From the NCBI GenBank assembly GCA_029552245.1, contig JAKPDW010000047.1, positions 53,935 to 117,934 on the forward strand: 64,000 nucleotides of DNA. Reading direction: 5' to 3'. The DNA comes from Deltaproteobacteria bacterium (GTDB taxonomy: Bacteria > Desulfobacterota > Desulfomonilia > UBA1062). Below are positions 18,579-28,464 of this stretch, one piece after another; the stretch's first letter is position 1, and each line of letters starts with the position of its first letter. Below the pieces are notes generated by a model, which was given only the letters and a program-made list of their open reading frames with translations, was not told where the DNA came from and did no database searches. The position numbers and the translations under genes are program-made.

Positions 18579-19190
18579 ATGAAGGCATTGGTTCTCTTCT
18601 ACTCCATGTACGGCCACATCTACCAGATGGCCCAGGCGGCGGTGAAAGGGATACACGAGGTGGAGGGCGCCGAGGTACACCTCAAGCGCGTACCCGAGAC
18701 CCTGCCGGACGAGGTCCTGGCGAAGATGGGCGCCCTCGAGGCCCGGAAGGCCTTCGAACACGTCGAGGTATGCACCGTCGCCGAACTCGCGGAGTACGAC
18801 CTCCTCGTGTTCGGCGCCCCCACCCGCTTCGGCAACATGTGCGGCCAGATGCGGCAGTTCTTGGATGCCACAGGGGGCCTGTGGGCCAGGCGAGCCCTCG
18901 TGGGAAAGGTGGGATGCGTCTTCACGTCCACCGGCACCCAGCATGGGGGCCAGGAATCCACGATCTTGAGCTTCCACCTCACGCTCCTGCACCACGGCAT
19001 GGTGGTGGTCGGCCTTCCCTATTCCTTCGAGCTGCAGTCGGATATGAGCGAGATCACGGGGTGTTCTCCCTACGGCGCATCCACCATCGCAGGGCCGGAC
19101 GGCAAGAGGATGCCGAGCACCCACGAGCTCACGGGGGCCCGCTACCTCGCACGGCACGCGGCGACCATCGCCAAGAAACTCTGGGGATGA
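18579..19190 (+). CDS. wrbA: NAD(P)H:quinone oxidoreductase WrbA (flavodoxin-like)
   Basis: [21 protein letters not shown]-terminus, [10 protein letters not shown] and GGQE motifs, 203 aa. ATG at 18579 preceded by GGAGG. Confidence 0.85.
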   Translation: MKALVLFYSMYGHIYQMAQAAVKGIHEVEGAEVHLKRVPETLPDEVLAKMGALEARKAFEHVEVCTVAELAEYDLLVFGAPTRFGNMCGQMRQFLDATGGLWARRALVGKVGCVFTSTGTQHGGQESTILSFHLTLLHHGMVVVGLPYSFELQSDMSEITGCSPYGASTIAGPDGKRMPSTHELTGARYLARHAATIAKKLWG

Positions 19191-19534
19191 GCCCGGGGGC
19201 TCGCCCCTGAGAAATCGCCGGGGTAGGCCTTGATCGGGTGGGGTCGCCCCTCAGGCGTGTCCGGGACATGACAGAAAGAATGCTTCACGAGCCCGCGGTC
19301 CGAACGCGGGCCGCGTCGAACGGCCCGCCGAGCAGGTCGAGGGCGCCACGAGCCTGCGGGCTGGGCTCTCAGGCATCGCCAGCCAGGCCCCGTGCCGTGG
19401 GGTTGCCCCAGGGGAGTGCCTGAGCCGGAAACGGCGCGGCGGTGTCAGGGGGCCCCTCTCGATATCGGCGGTGACGCCGGGCCAGCGCCGCACCTACGAG
19501 AAATGACGGGCGGGAGACAACCCGGTTTGCACCG

Positions 19535-20536
19535 TCAGGCCCTGAGCCTCTTCTTGAACTCCTTGATGAGCGCAAGGCAGACCTGGTGGGCATCCGCAAC
19601 GATGGCCACGTCGGCCATCTTCATCATGGCGGCCTTCGGGTTCTTGTTCACGGCGATGATGAACCCGGCGTCGACGATGCCCGCCGTGTGCTGGATCGCG
19701 CCGCTGATACCGAAGGAGAAGAGGACCTTGGGCCGTATGTGCTTGTCCGCCTGCCCGACGAGGGCATCCTCATCCGCCCACCGGGCATACACCGCCGGTC
19801 TCGTGGCGCCGACCTCCCCGCCCAGGAGCCTGGCAAGCTCGTAGAGGTTCCTGAACCTCCCCTTGCTCCCCATGCCCCTGCCCCCGCACACGACGATCTC
19901 CGCGTTCCCCAGGTGCCTCGGCACCGGCAGGGTGCGCTCGGAGGAGACGAGCCTCACCCTGTCCGGGGGCATGTCCTCAGGGAAATCGATGCGGACGATC
20001 TCCCCGGTGGCGCCGTGATCGTGGGGGATCTCCCTGAACACCCCAGGCCTGACGGTCGCCATCTGGGGCCGCTTCTGCGGTGTCACGATCCTCGTGAGGA
20101 GATTGCCGCCGAAGGCCGGTGCGGTCTGCACGAGCAGGCCGTTCTCGTCGATGTCCAGGCCGACGCAGTCGGCCGTGAGCCCCGTCTTGAGCCTCTTCGC
20201 CACCCTCGGCGCGAACTCCCTGCCGAAGGAGGTGGCGCCCACCAGGATGATCTCGGGACGGTAACGCCTGGCGAGGCGTTCCATGAGGCCGACGTAGAGG
20301 TCGCAGGAATACCGGCCGAGGCGCCTGTCCTCCACGAGGTAGACCTTCCTCGCGCCGTGGGCGATGTACTCCCCGACCCACTCGCCTGTGTCCCAGCCGA
20401 ACACGGTGGCGCACACGAGAGCGCCCCTCTTCTCGGCGAGGTCGGTCGCCCGCGAGAGGAGCTGCAGGGTGACCCTGTTCTGGAAATAGTTCCGGTAGTC
20501 ACCGAAGACCCAGATTTCCGGCCGCTGTGCTGGCAT
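19535..20536 (-). CDS. etfA: Electron transfer flavoprotein alpha subunit
   Basis: C-terminal FAD-binding signature (PKVLFSFGISGAIQHTAGIVDAGFIIAVNKNP). ATG at 20536 with GAGGTGAG RBS. Track ORF's extra 159 aa N-terminal extension is spurious. Confidence 0.85.
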   Translation of the reverse strand: MPAQRPEIWVFGDYRNYFQNRVTLQLLSRATDLAEKRGALVCATVFGWDTGEWVGEYIAHGARKVYLVEDRRLGRYSCDLYVGLMERLARRYRPEIILVGATSFGREFAPRVAKRLKTGLTADCVGLDIDENGLLVQTAPAFGGNLLTRIVTPQKRPQMATVRPGVFREIPHDHGATGEIVRIDFPEDMPPDRVRLVSSERTLPVPRHLGNAEIVVCGGRGMGSKGRFRNLYELARLLGGEVGATRPAVYARWADEDALVGQADKHIRPKVLFSFGISGAIQHTAGIVDAGFIIAVNKNPKAAMMKMADVAIVADAHQVCLALIKEFKKRLRA

Positions 20537-20541
20537 GGCCC

Positions 20542-21366
20542 TCACCTCGCGTCGCTCTTCCTGATGTCCTGCCTGATGAGCCCGCTGATCCTGGACTCGA
20601 ACCGCTCGAGGAGTTCCTCCACGATCTTCTTGGGCGCACCCGTGAGCACCACGTTTTCCTTGCCGGACCTCGGCGCCGTCACGTCCACGATCCTCGTGGG
20701 CGAACCGTCCGCCCCGACGAGCGCAGGGTCGATCCCCAGGTCCGCAACGCCCACGCTCAGGATGTTCACCTCTCCGAAGGCGTCCTCGAGGCCGGAGAGC
20801 GGGACGTACCTGGGGCTCCTGTTCGTGGTGTTGACCGTGACCAGGCACGGGAGATCGATCTCGAGGGTCTCGAGGAAGCCGTCCGAGACGCGCCTGAGCC
20901 TGGCAGTGCCCCCTTCCACCGTGACCTCGTCGACGTACGCCGCCGAGGCGATGCCGAGCTCTTCGGCGAGCTGGGGCCCCACCTGGGCGGTTTCGCTGTC
21001 GGTCGTGTGGCACCCGGTCAGGATGAGATCGAAGTCCGGGCAGAAGATCTCGATGGCCCTCGCCAGGGTGAAAGAGGTCGCGTAGGTGTCGGAGCCCGCC
21101 AGCGCCGGGTCGGTTATGAGCAGGCCCCTGTGCGCCCCCATGGCTATCGCCTCCCTGAGGATCTCTTCAGCCATGGGCGGCCCCATGGTGATCGCCGTGA
21201 CCTGTGCACCCTCTTTCTGCCCGAGGCCGAGCGCCAACTCCAGGGCTTGCTTGCAGGCAGGGTTCATCATGCCTTCCGCCAGGTCCCTCCTCAGGGTGCG
21301 GGTCTTCGGGTCCCACGGCAGCTCGCTCGCCATGGGCACCTGCTTCATGCAGACCACGAACTTCAC
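20542..21366 (-). CDS. etfB: Electron transfer flavoprotein beta subunit
   Basis: MKFVVCMKQVP N-terminus and ETF-beta fold; 274 aa; 5 nt upstream of etfA. Confidence 0.85.
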   Translation of the reverse strand: MKFVVCMKQVPMASELPWDPKTRTLRRDLAEGMMNPACKQALELALGLGQKEGAQVTAITMGPPMAEEILREAIAMGAHRGLLITDPALAGSDTYATSFTLARAIEIFCPDFDLILTGCHTTDSETAQVGPQLAEELGIASAAYVDEVTVEGGTARLRRVSDGFLETLEIDLPCLVTVNTTNRSPRYVPLSGLEDAFGEVNILSVGVADLGIDPALVGADGSPTRIVDVTAPRSGKENVVLTGAPKKIVEELLERFESRISGLIRQDIRKSDAR

Positions 21367-21387
21367 GGTACGATCTCCATCTCCACC

Positions 21388-22518
21388 TCACATCGACTCG
21401 CTCAACACCCAGCGCGAGATGACCATCCGCTGGATCTCGCTCGTCCCCTCGTAGATCTCCGTCACCTTTGCGTCCCGGAAATACCTCTCGACGTCGTATT
21501 CCTTGCTGTACCCGTACCCCCCGTGGATCTGCACCGCCTTCGACGCGACCTCAGAGCAGATCGTGGAGGCATAGAGCTTCGCCATGGCGGCCTCCTTCCC
21601 GAATCTGCCGCCCGCGTCCCTGACCGCGCACACGCGGTAGACGAGGAGCCGAGCGGCGTCGATGGAGACCGCCATGTCGGCGATCATGTTCTGGATGGAC
21701 TGGAAGGACGAGATGGGGCGCTTGAACTGCTGGCGTTCCTTGGAATACTTCACGGCCGCCTCGAATGCCGCCTGCGCGATCCCCACGGCCTGGGCCGCTA
21801 TCCCGATGCGGCCCGTATCAAGGGTTGCCAGGGCGATCTTCGTGCCGTCCCCGATCCCTCCTATGAGGTTCTCGCGGGGCACCCGCACGTCCTCCAGGAA
21901 GATGGAAGAGACGGGGTTGGCCCTCATGCCGCACAGGTCCTCCATCTCGCCCACCGAGAACCCGGGCATCGTCTTCTCCACGACGAACACGCACGAGCTG
22001 CCCGTAGGGTCGGACGGGTCCGAGACGGCGAAGACGAGGGGGAGCGAACAGACGCCCCCGTTGGTGACGAAGATCTTCGTCCCGTTGAGAACGAAGCATT
22101 CCCCTGCATCCACCGCGATCGTCTCCACGCCCGAGGCGTCGGAGCCGGCGTTCGCCTCGGTGAGGCAGAACGCGCCGATAGACTCGCCTGACGCGAGCCT
22201 GGGCAGGAACCGCCTCTTCTGGTCTTCGGTCCCGAAGCGTTCGATGGGATAGGCACCGACAGAGTTGTGCACGGTGACGCACAGGCCCATGGCGCCGCTT
22301 ATGCGGGAGATCTCCTCCACGGCTATGGCGTAGCTGATGCTGTCGAGCCCGGCCCCCCCGAAGTCCCTGGAGACCTGGAGACCGAAGAAGTTCAGCGGCC
22401 GCATCTTCTCCACGACCTCCCAGGGGAACCGGGCGTCCCTGTCTATGTCGTGGGCGATGGGGCCCAGCTCCGCCTCCGCGAACTCCCTGACCGCCTTGCG
22501 TACCAGCTTGTGTTTCAT
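21388..22518 (-). CDS. Acyl-CoA dehydrogenase (short/medium-chain, Bcd-like)
   Basis: ACAD N-terminal, middle and C-terminal domain motifs (e.g. GSSCVFVVEKTMPGF; QIHGGYGYSKEYDVERYFRDAK). Start trimmed to MKHKLVRKAV. Forms acd-etfB-etfA unit. Confidence 0.85.
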   Translation of the reverse strand: MKHKLVRKAVREFAEAELGPIAHDIDRDARFPWEVVEKMRPLNFFGLQVSRDFGGAGLDSISYAIAVEEISRISGAMGLCVTVHNSVGAYPIERFGTEDQKRRFLPRLASGESIGAFCLTEANAGSDASGVETIAVDAGECFVLNGTKIFVTNGGVCSLPLVFAVSDPSDPTGSSCVFVVEKTMPGFSVGEMEDLCGMRANPVSSIFLEDVRVPRENLIGGIGDGTKIALATLDTGRIGIAAQAVGIAQAAFEAAVKYSKERQQFKRPISSFQSIQNMIADMAVSIDAARLLVYRVCAVRDAGGRFGKEAAMAKLYASTICSEVASKAVQIHGGYGYSKEYDVERYFRDAKVTEIYEGTSEIQRMVISRWVLSESM

Positions 22519-22651
22519 GCAGGGATCGAGTCTCACGCGCCTCGGCCCTTCCCTTCCTCGCTCCTCATTGCTCCGGCCCGACGAGCCTGCGGCGCACCAT
22601 AACGTAAAACGGCCCAAAACTCAAGGATCCCAAGGTTCAACGGGCGGTGGT

Positions 22652-22684
22652 AAAAAAAAGGGTGATGTCTGGGAAACATCACCC
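22652..22684 (-). terminator. Rho-independent terminator (minus strand)
   Basis: On the minus strand, GGGTGATGtttcccagaCATCACCC (8-bp perfect stem) is followed by TTTTTTTT. Lies about 305 nt downstream of the GGDEF stop and about 135 nt upstream of the acyl-CoA dehydrogenase start. Confidence 0.55.
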
Positions 22685-22988
22685 ATAGGTGCAAGTGAGG
22701 AGGTTTTGGCTTCTTTCGTCTCTGCTTATTCTGATGCGCTTTCAGGCTTTCTGGATTCCTCTCGAGACGGGCCGGAAACCTGGTGCGTAAAACCGCCTGC
22801 TTGCCGGTAAACGAGGACGCTTCCCGCATCTGCACACAAGCCCGGGCGGCATCGGGCCCATCATAAGCCTGGGGTAAAAAGCCGCGTGACGGGTTCGGCC
22901 GGGGCAGGAAGAAACAGCGGATGACACGCCATCCCGCCCGACGACACCCTCGCAAGGATGCCGCCAGGGACACGAACACCAAGGAGGA

Positions 22989-24425
22989 TCAGCCGTCGGA
23001 GACGACCACCCGGAGCGACGGCCTCCGCTCTTCGGTATCGGGCTTGGCGGGTCGCCCCTCGCTCTCTTCCACGACCTCTTCCACAACCGACGCCTTCGTG
23101 CACTCCTTGTAGGTGCAGTAGCTGTTTCTCACCTGCTTGGCACGGTACATGGCCTCGTCGGCGTGCTTGATGATGGTATCCGCATCGTGCCCGTCGTCGG
23201 GGAAGGTGCTGATGCCTATGCTCGGGGTCACGAAGTCTATGATGATGTCGTGGAACCGGTAAGGCCTCGAGAGCGCCTTCAGCACCCTCTGCGCCACCCT
23301 CTCCGGGTCACTGCGCGTTATCCCGCCAAGGATGATCGTGAACTCGTCACCCCCGAGCCTGCTGATATAGTCCGTCTCCCTGAGGGTCTCCCTGAGCCTG
23401 GAGGCCACCTGCATCAGCAGCTTGTCCCCTATCTCGTGGCCGAACACGTCGTTGACCTGCTTGAACCTGTCGAGGTCGATGAACAGGACCGACCGCTCCA
23501 CCTCGTAGCGCCTCGCGTCCCGTATGACCTCTTCCAGCTTCTCGTTGAACGCCTTCCTGTTGTGGAGACCCGTGAGTGCGTCGTGGTATGCGAGGTAAGC
23601 GAGTTCCTGCTCGGCGCGCTTGCGTTCCGTTATGTCGCGGATGATGCCGCAGAACCCGATGGGCTTGCCTTCCCTGTCCCGCAGGAGGGAGACCGAGGTC
23701 TCCACGTACATCTTCGAGCCGTCCTTGCGCCTGAGCTCCCAGTCCACCGCGGACATGGGGTTGCCTGTCAGGAAGACGTTATGGAAGGCCTCGTAGACGA
23801 TCCTCGCGTTTTCCCTGTCCATGTACTGCTGGTAGTTCATGCCCATGAGCTCGTCGGGCTCGTACCCGATCTGCTTGGCCACCTGGTCGTTGAAGAAGGT
23901 GAAGTTCCCCGCGAGGTCCACCTCGAAGTACCCGTCCTCGATGGAGTCGAGGATCATCCTGAACCGCATCTCGCTCTCGATGAGGGCCTGCTCGGTCTCG
24001 AGGACGTCCGTCACGTCCTTGGCGATCCCGCCTACGCTCATCTCGCCGCCCGGCCCGGTCAACAGGAGGGTCTTGTGCTCGACGATGCGCTTGCGGCCGG
24101 CCTTCGTGAGGATCTGTATCAGGCCCTCGTCCTTCTTGTGTTCCAACACGCGTTCGATATAGTGATGGAAGTGCCTCCTGTCCTCCTCGATGAGCAGGTC
24201 CTTGACGTTCATGCGCAGGAGTTCATCCCTGCTGTAGCCCAGAAAGCCGATGAATCCCGGGCTTATCCCCAGGAAGTTGCCCTCGAGATCGTGCTCGTAG
24301 ATGAACTCGTTCGCGTACAGGTAGACCTGCTTGAGGCGGGAGATATCGTCGCAGGAGCCCCGGGAGCCACCGGTGGAGACACCTTCTCCCTGCCCTCTGT
24401 TCGAGCGTGATTTCATTCTGCTCAT
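22989..24425 (-). CDS. PAS-PAS-GGDEF diguanylate cyclase
   Basis: Two PAS-like segments then GGDEF domain with intact RLGGDEF active-site motif and no obvious RxxD I-site. Confidence 0.85.
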   Translation of the reverse strand: MSRMKSRSNRGQGEGVSTGGSRGSCDDISRLKQVYLYANEFIYEHDLEGNFLGISPGFIGFLGYSRDELLRMNVKDLLIEEDRRHFHHYIERVLEHKKDEGLIQILTKAGRKRIVEHKTLLLTGPGGEMSVGGIAKDVTDVLETEQALIESEMRFRMILDSIEDGYFEVDLAGNFTFFNDQVAKQIGYEPDELMGMNYQQYMDRENARIVYEAFHNVFLTGNPMSAVDWELRRKDGSKMYVETSVSLLRDREGKPIGFCGIIRDITERKRAEQELAYLAYHDALTGLHNRKAFNEKLEEVIRDARRYEVERSVLFIDLDRFKQVNDVFGHEIGDKLLMQVASRLRETLRETDYISRLGGDEFTIILGGITRSDPERVAQRVLKALSRPYRFHDIIIDFVTPSIGISTFPDDGHDADTIIKHADEAMYRAKQVRNSYCTYKECTKASVVEEVVEESEGRPAKPDTEERRPSLRVVVSDG

Positions 24426-24988
24426 CGTACCTTCATGCCAACCGGGCAGATCAATTTAATGAAATATCGGATAAAGACATGGCAGACATTAACATGACGG
24501 GAAGAAAGACCCCGGACAGGACCTTGAAGTGCACCCATCCATGCCATGTGCCTTCCGGACTTCAGCACTTCATGACGACCCTCTCTCAGCCCCGATCAGG
24601 GCCTCCAAGCCCGCCCGGGCAGGAGCGGAAGCCAAGCGCCCGTTCCGACGGGGCATGACGCTCAGGCCCATGCGGACACGCCGCATGTGGATGAAGTGAC
24701 AGGCCCTGGGCGTCAAGTTCAGAAAGACCGTGCTCAGGCCACCGGGAAAACCCCTTCCTGATGCCCCGGCCGCAACCCCGAAGACACGACCGCCGAGAAG
24801 AGGCTTGCCCCTTGGTCGTCCAGGAGGGCTTGCCCGCGGTCATTCCAGGAGGAAATCCCTCGGAAAGGCACCCCTCGGAAAGCCCGGCCTGCAAGTGCGG
24901 CCATGTGCTCCCGGGGGGTCTTGCCGCTGTTTCGAAGGGGAGACGCCCACAGGACGGTCACATGGGGGAAGGGGACATTACTCACGAA

Positions 24989-25096
24989 TCTTGACACAGC
25001 CGGCACGACGCCTCGACTCGCTGGCGATTCCAAGGGCGACCTTGATGGTCCTACTCGGTCTTGACACACAGCAGACACGACGCCTTGACTCTGGCG
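24989..25096. repeat. Imperfect 38-bp direct repeat (two copies, 70-bp period) carrying TTGACA boxes
   Basis: TCTTGACACAGCCGGCACGACGCCTCGACTCGCTGGCG at 24989-25026 and TCTTGACACACAGCAGACACGACGCCTTGACTCTGGCG at 25059-25096. Sits in a 1.1-kb non-coding region upstream of the GGDEF gene. Confidence 0.5.
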
Positions 25097-25319
25097 TGGC
25101 CGGTATTATCATTCAGGGCAAGCCTCGAGGCTGCATTTCGAAGGGAAAAACCCCATAGACCCTCGGTCGAAATGTCCTCGGGGCTTTTTTCAGGCAGGGA
25201 CGAGGAGACCGTGCGGCCGGCCCGCGCGTGCAGACGGCAATCATCGGCGCCTCAAGGCCGGCCGTAAGCCCCCGCGCTTCGGCGCCGTGGATGCAGTGTG
25301 GGTTTTCCCATGCCCCGCC

Positions 25320-25410
25320 TGGGTTCCCCGTAGGCGGAAGGAATCAGCCGATCACAATCTATCCTCGGCGGCGACTGTGACGGGTTACCCGCAGGCGGAA
25401 GGAATCAGCG
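25320..25410. repeat. 30-bp direct repeat (two copies, 60-bp period): GGGTT[C/A]CCCG[T/C]AGGCGGAAGGAATCAGC
   Basis: Copies at 25320-25349 and 25380-25410. A third degenerate copy may lie near 25300. Confidence 0.5.
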
Positions 25411-25525
25411 CCTCCTAGGTGTTGCCGGACGATCGGGCACCCATGCCCGCACGGCACAGAGGCCGGGCGTGGGCTTTGCTTCCCCTTGGCCGTCGTTCAG
25501 CCCCCCACCCGGGGTGCGCGCCGTG

Positions 25526-25909
25526 TCACCTTCCCCTCGGACGTCTTTTCCGGTCGGCGCCGCCTCCGCTTCCTGCCTCGCGGGGTCCGCTCGTTTCCTT
25601 GTCGCGCCTGCTCGCAGGCCTTCCGTACATCTCGTCGAGGATCTTTCTGGCCGTGGAATCCTTCTTTTTCAGGATCTTCGAGCCCCTCGTGATCTTGCAG
25701 AGGCTTATGCGATACAGCGAGGCGATGCTCCTCTGGGACGTGCCCCGGTGGAGCTCTGTGAGGAGCTTCCACCTGAGCTCGAGGTCTTTCAGTTCCCTCG
25801 GCGTGAAGATCTCCTCGCAAAAGGAAACCATCTCGTCGAAATCGGTGATGCGAGCCAGCACCCTCTGCAGGTCGAGGGAACCATTCGGCCCGGATTCCTT
25901 GTCCGCCAT
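25526..25909 (-). CDS. TrpR-like (YerC/YecD family) small DNA-binding protein with basic C-terminal tail
   Basis: TPRELKDLELRWKLLTELHRGTSQRSIASLYRISLCKITRGSKIL matches the TrpR/YerC HTH core (..TITRGSN..). Internal ATG of track ORF 25526..26680. Confidence 0.6.
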   Translation of the reverse strand: MADKESGPNGSLDLQRVLARITDFDEMVSFCEEIFTPRELKDLELRWKLLTELHRGTSQRSIASLYRISLCKITRGSKILKKKDSTARKILDEMYGRPASRRDKETSGPREAGSGGGADRKRRPRGR

Positions 25910-26134
25910 GGTGGAAAAGGTAGCCGACTGTACCGGTGGTGTCAAAACCTTTGTAAAAGAAGCCCACCGACAGCCCCCGGGATATCCATACCCGAACTCC
26001 CGCCGGGCTCCGTACACAAAACGAGGAACAGCCGGGTCACCCTCGCCCGGCATAGCGCTTCCCGGAGACGGCCATCGACTCCTTGAGCCGGGGCCCCCCC
26101 TGGTGTATGAGTAGTTCCACGTGCATGTCGCGAG

Positions 26135-26896
26135 GTGGCCATGAAGATCGTCTCTTGGAACGTCAACGGGCTCAGGGCGGCACTGAAGAACGGCTTCGCC
26201 GAGAGCGTCATGAGCATGGGCGCCGACGTTCTCTGCATCCAGGAGACCCGACTGCAGGCGCCTGAGCCGGTGAAGGGTCTCGAGGGCTACACCCCTTTCT
26301 ACAACTTCGCACGAAAGAAGGGTTACTCGGGGACCGCGGTGTTCACCTCCGTCGAGCCCCTGTCCGTGTCCTACGGGATGGGGAGCGCGGAGCACGACGA
26401 CGAGGGCCGCATCATCACCCTCGATTTCGGCGGGTACTACCTCGTCAACGTCTACACACCCAACGCCCAGCACGGCCTCGTGCGGCTCGACTACCGCATG
26501 CGCTGGGACGCCTGTTTCCTGGAGTATCTCCTGGAGCTCGAGCGCACCAAGCCCGTCGTCTTCTGCGGCGATCTCAACGTGGCCCACAAGGAGATCGACC
26601 TCAAGAACCCGAAGGCCAACGAGCGCAACCCGGGGTTCACGAGGGAAGAACGCGAAGGGTTCGACAGGATCTTGGCCCACGGCTTCATCGACACGTTCAG
26701 GGAGTTCAACAAGGAGCCCGGGAACTACACGTGGTGGTCGTACCGCTTCAACGCGAGGGCCAAGAATATCGGCTGGCGCATCGATTACGTGTGCATAAGC
26801 GCCTCCCTGAGGCCTTCCCTGGTGGACGCGTTCATCCTCAAGGACATCTACGGGTCAGACCACTGCCCCGTGGGCGTGGTCATGGACCTTTCCTGA
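26135..26896 (+). CDS. xth: Exodeoxyribonuclease III (AP endonuclease, Xth family)
   Basis: MKIVSWNVNGLRA N-terminus, CIQETR, catalytic residues and C-terminal SDHCPV motif; 253 aa. Confidence 0.9.
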   Translation: MAMKIVSWNVNGLRAALKNGFAESVMSMGADVLCIQETRLQAPEPVKGLEGYTPFYNFARKKGYSGTAVFTSVEPLSVSYGMGSAEHDDEGRIITLDFGGYYLVNVYTPNAQHGLVRLDYRMRWDACFLEYLLELERTKPVVFCGDLNVAHKEIDLKNPKANERNPGFTREEREGFDRILAHGFIDTFREFNKEPGNYTWWSYRFNARAKNIGWRIDYVCISASLRPSLVDAFILKDIYGSDHCPVGVVMDLS

Positions 26897-27233
26897 GAAA
26901 AAAGCGCGGCTGGAGACGAAGGCCGTGCCCATGTCCGCCTGCGGGTGCGCCTGAGAGCCTGCCGACACGGTGCGATGCGCAGCTCCCGAGTGCACCGGCC
27001 CTTCATGACTGCGGTCGCGCCCGGCAGGACATGCACCTTTTTTCGCCTCGAGCCGGCCGCGAAGGGCCCTGTGCGACGGGCCACGGCACACGCAGGCATG
27101 CAAGGCCGCACCCGTGCACGCCGGGCAAGGCGCACGTCCGCATCGTCCCATTCCAGGAATGAGCGTGCCGTCCTGAGGTTCGAGGAGGCCGGGAAACGTC
27201 TCGGCCAGGCGCAGGCTTGCCCGGCGGCGAGGG

Positions 27234-27665
27234 CTATCCTTGCAGAGCGTCGCACAGGCCGGCGACGAGTTCACGGATCTCGTCCCTGATACGCCTGAAG
27301 CCTTCCAGGAGCTTGGTGTCCGTGGCAGCGTGCGCGCGCGGATCCTTCACCGCCCAGTGCTCCTGCCTCACGAGCCCGAGGAACACCGGGCATTCCCTGG
27401 CATCTGCGCTCGAGCAGACCGTGACAACCCTCGAGAAGACCTCCCTCGAACGGTAGATGTCGTACACGCTCAAGGGTTTCTCGTCCTCGAGGACAATGCC
27501 CACCTCGGCCATGACCTGTGCGGCGAGCGGGTCGACAGCGGCGCCTGGCCTTATGCCTGCGCTCGCAGCGGTGAACCCCCGGGGGCAGAGGTGTTCGAAC
27601 CAGGCCCGGGCGATCCGGCTTCTCGCGGTACCCTTGAGGCTCACGAACAGGACGCGGGTCATCAC
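27234..27665 (-). CDS. LMW protein-tyrosine-phosphatase / ArsC (thioredoxin-type arsenate reductase) family protein with Cys-to-Ser P-loop
   Basis: Aligns collinearly with B. subtilis ArsC. P-loop CTGNSCRS reads SLKGTARS here, so nucleophile Cys10 becomes Ser and Cys15 becomes Ala. Downstream Cys (TVCSSA; ECP) and the REHW motif are retained. Confidence 0.7.
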   Translation of the reverse strand: MMTRVLFVSLKGTARSRIARAWFEHLCPRGFTAASAGIRPGAAVDPLAAQVMAEVGIVLEDEKPLSVYDIYRSREVFSRVVTVCSSADARECPVFLGLVRQEHWAVKDPRAHAATDTKLLEGFRRIRDEIRELVAGLCDALQG

Positions 27666-27708
27666 GATACCTGGGCCGGCCTGGCTCCCTCCATCGCCCT
27701 GGGCCGCA

Positions 27709-28464
27709 TCACTTCCAGCTGAACTTCTCGCGCTCGACAGCCTCGGGGTCCACGCCGAGGGTCGACAGTTCCTGGAGGACCGAGTCCATCATGGGCGGCG
27801 GGCCGCACAGGTAGAACGCCGCCTTGGGATTCACCCCGTATCGGGAAAGCACGCCTGCATCGAGCCGCCCGCTCTCGAACACCACGTTCGGGTACCCGCC
27901 CCTGAGGTGTCTCTTGGGGTCGTCTTCCCGGCTCAAGTTGTGAACCACCTTGAGGTTGAGGGCATTGCTCATCCCGGATATCTCCTCGAGGCAGAACACG
28001 TCCTCGAAGGTCTTGTTCGACCAGAACAGCATCACCTCGTTCGACGCCCCCTTGGCATGGAAGTGCCTGAGGACGCTCAGAAACGGGGTGATGCCCACAC
28101 CGCCCGCGATGAGGACGACCGATGGCCTGTCGTCGATATCCCTGCAGAACGTGCCGTTCGGTCCCAAGCACTTCACCGGCGTGCCCGGCTCGATGTTCCG
28201 GACGGAACTGGTGAAGGCGCCGGCCGCCTTGATGGTGAACTGGAGATAGTCCGCCTCGGGTGCGCACGAGATGGTGAACGGGTGCGGTTCGCTCCACCCC
28301 TCGGGCCTCATCACCCTGATCACGGCGTACTGACCGGCGCGCCTGGCAGCGAACTTGGCGTCTTTCCCCTCGAGGAACATCGATGTCACATCGTGGTTCT
28401 CGGGCTGGATCCTCGACACACGCCAGATGACCTCGCCCCCCGTATCAGGACGTTCCGCAGCCAT
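27709..28464 (-). CDS. FNR-like oxidoreductase FAD/NAD(P)-binding domain protein
   Basis: FAD-binding RxYS-like segment (HPFTIS), GGVGITPF NAD(P) motif and C-terminal CGPPPM. Start trimmed to MAAERPD. Confidence 0.7.
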   Translation of the reverse strand: MAAERPDTGGEVIWRVSRIQPENHDVTSMFLEGKDAKFAARRAGQYAVIRVMRPEGWSEPHPFTISCAPEADYLQFTIKAAGAFTSSVRNIEPGTPVKCLGPNGTFCRDIDDRPSVVLIAGGVGITPFLSVLRHFHAKGASNEVMLFWSNKTFEDVFCLEEISGMSNALNLKVVHNLSREDDPKRHLRGGYPNVVFESGRLDAGVLSRYGVNPKAAFYLCGPPPMMDSVLQELSTLGVDPEAVEREKFSWK

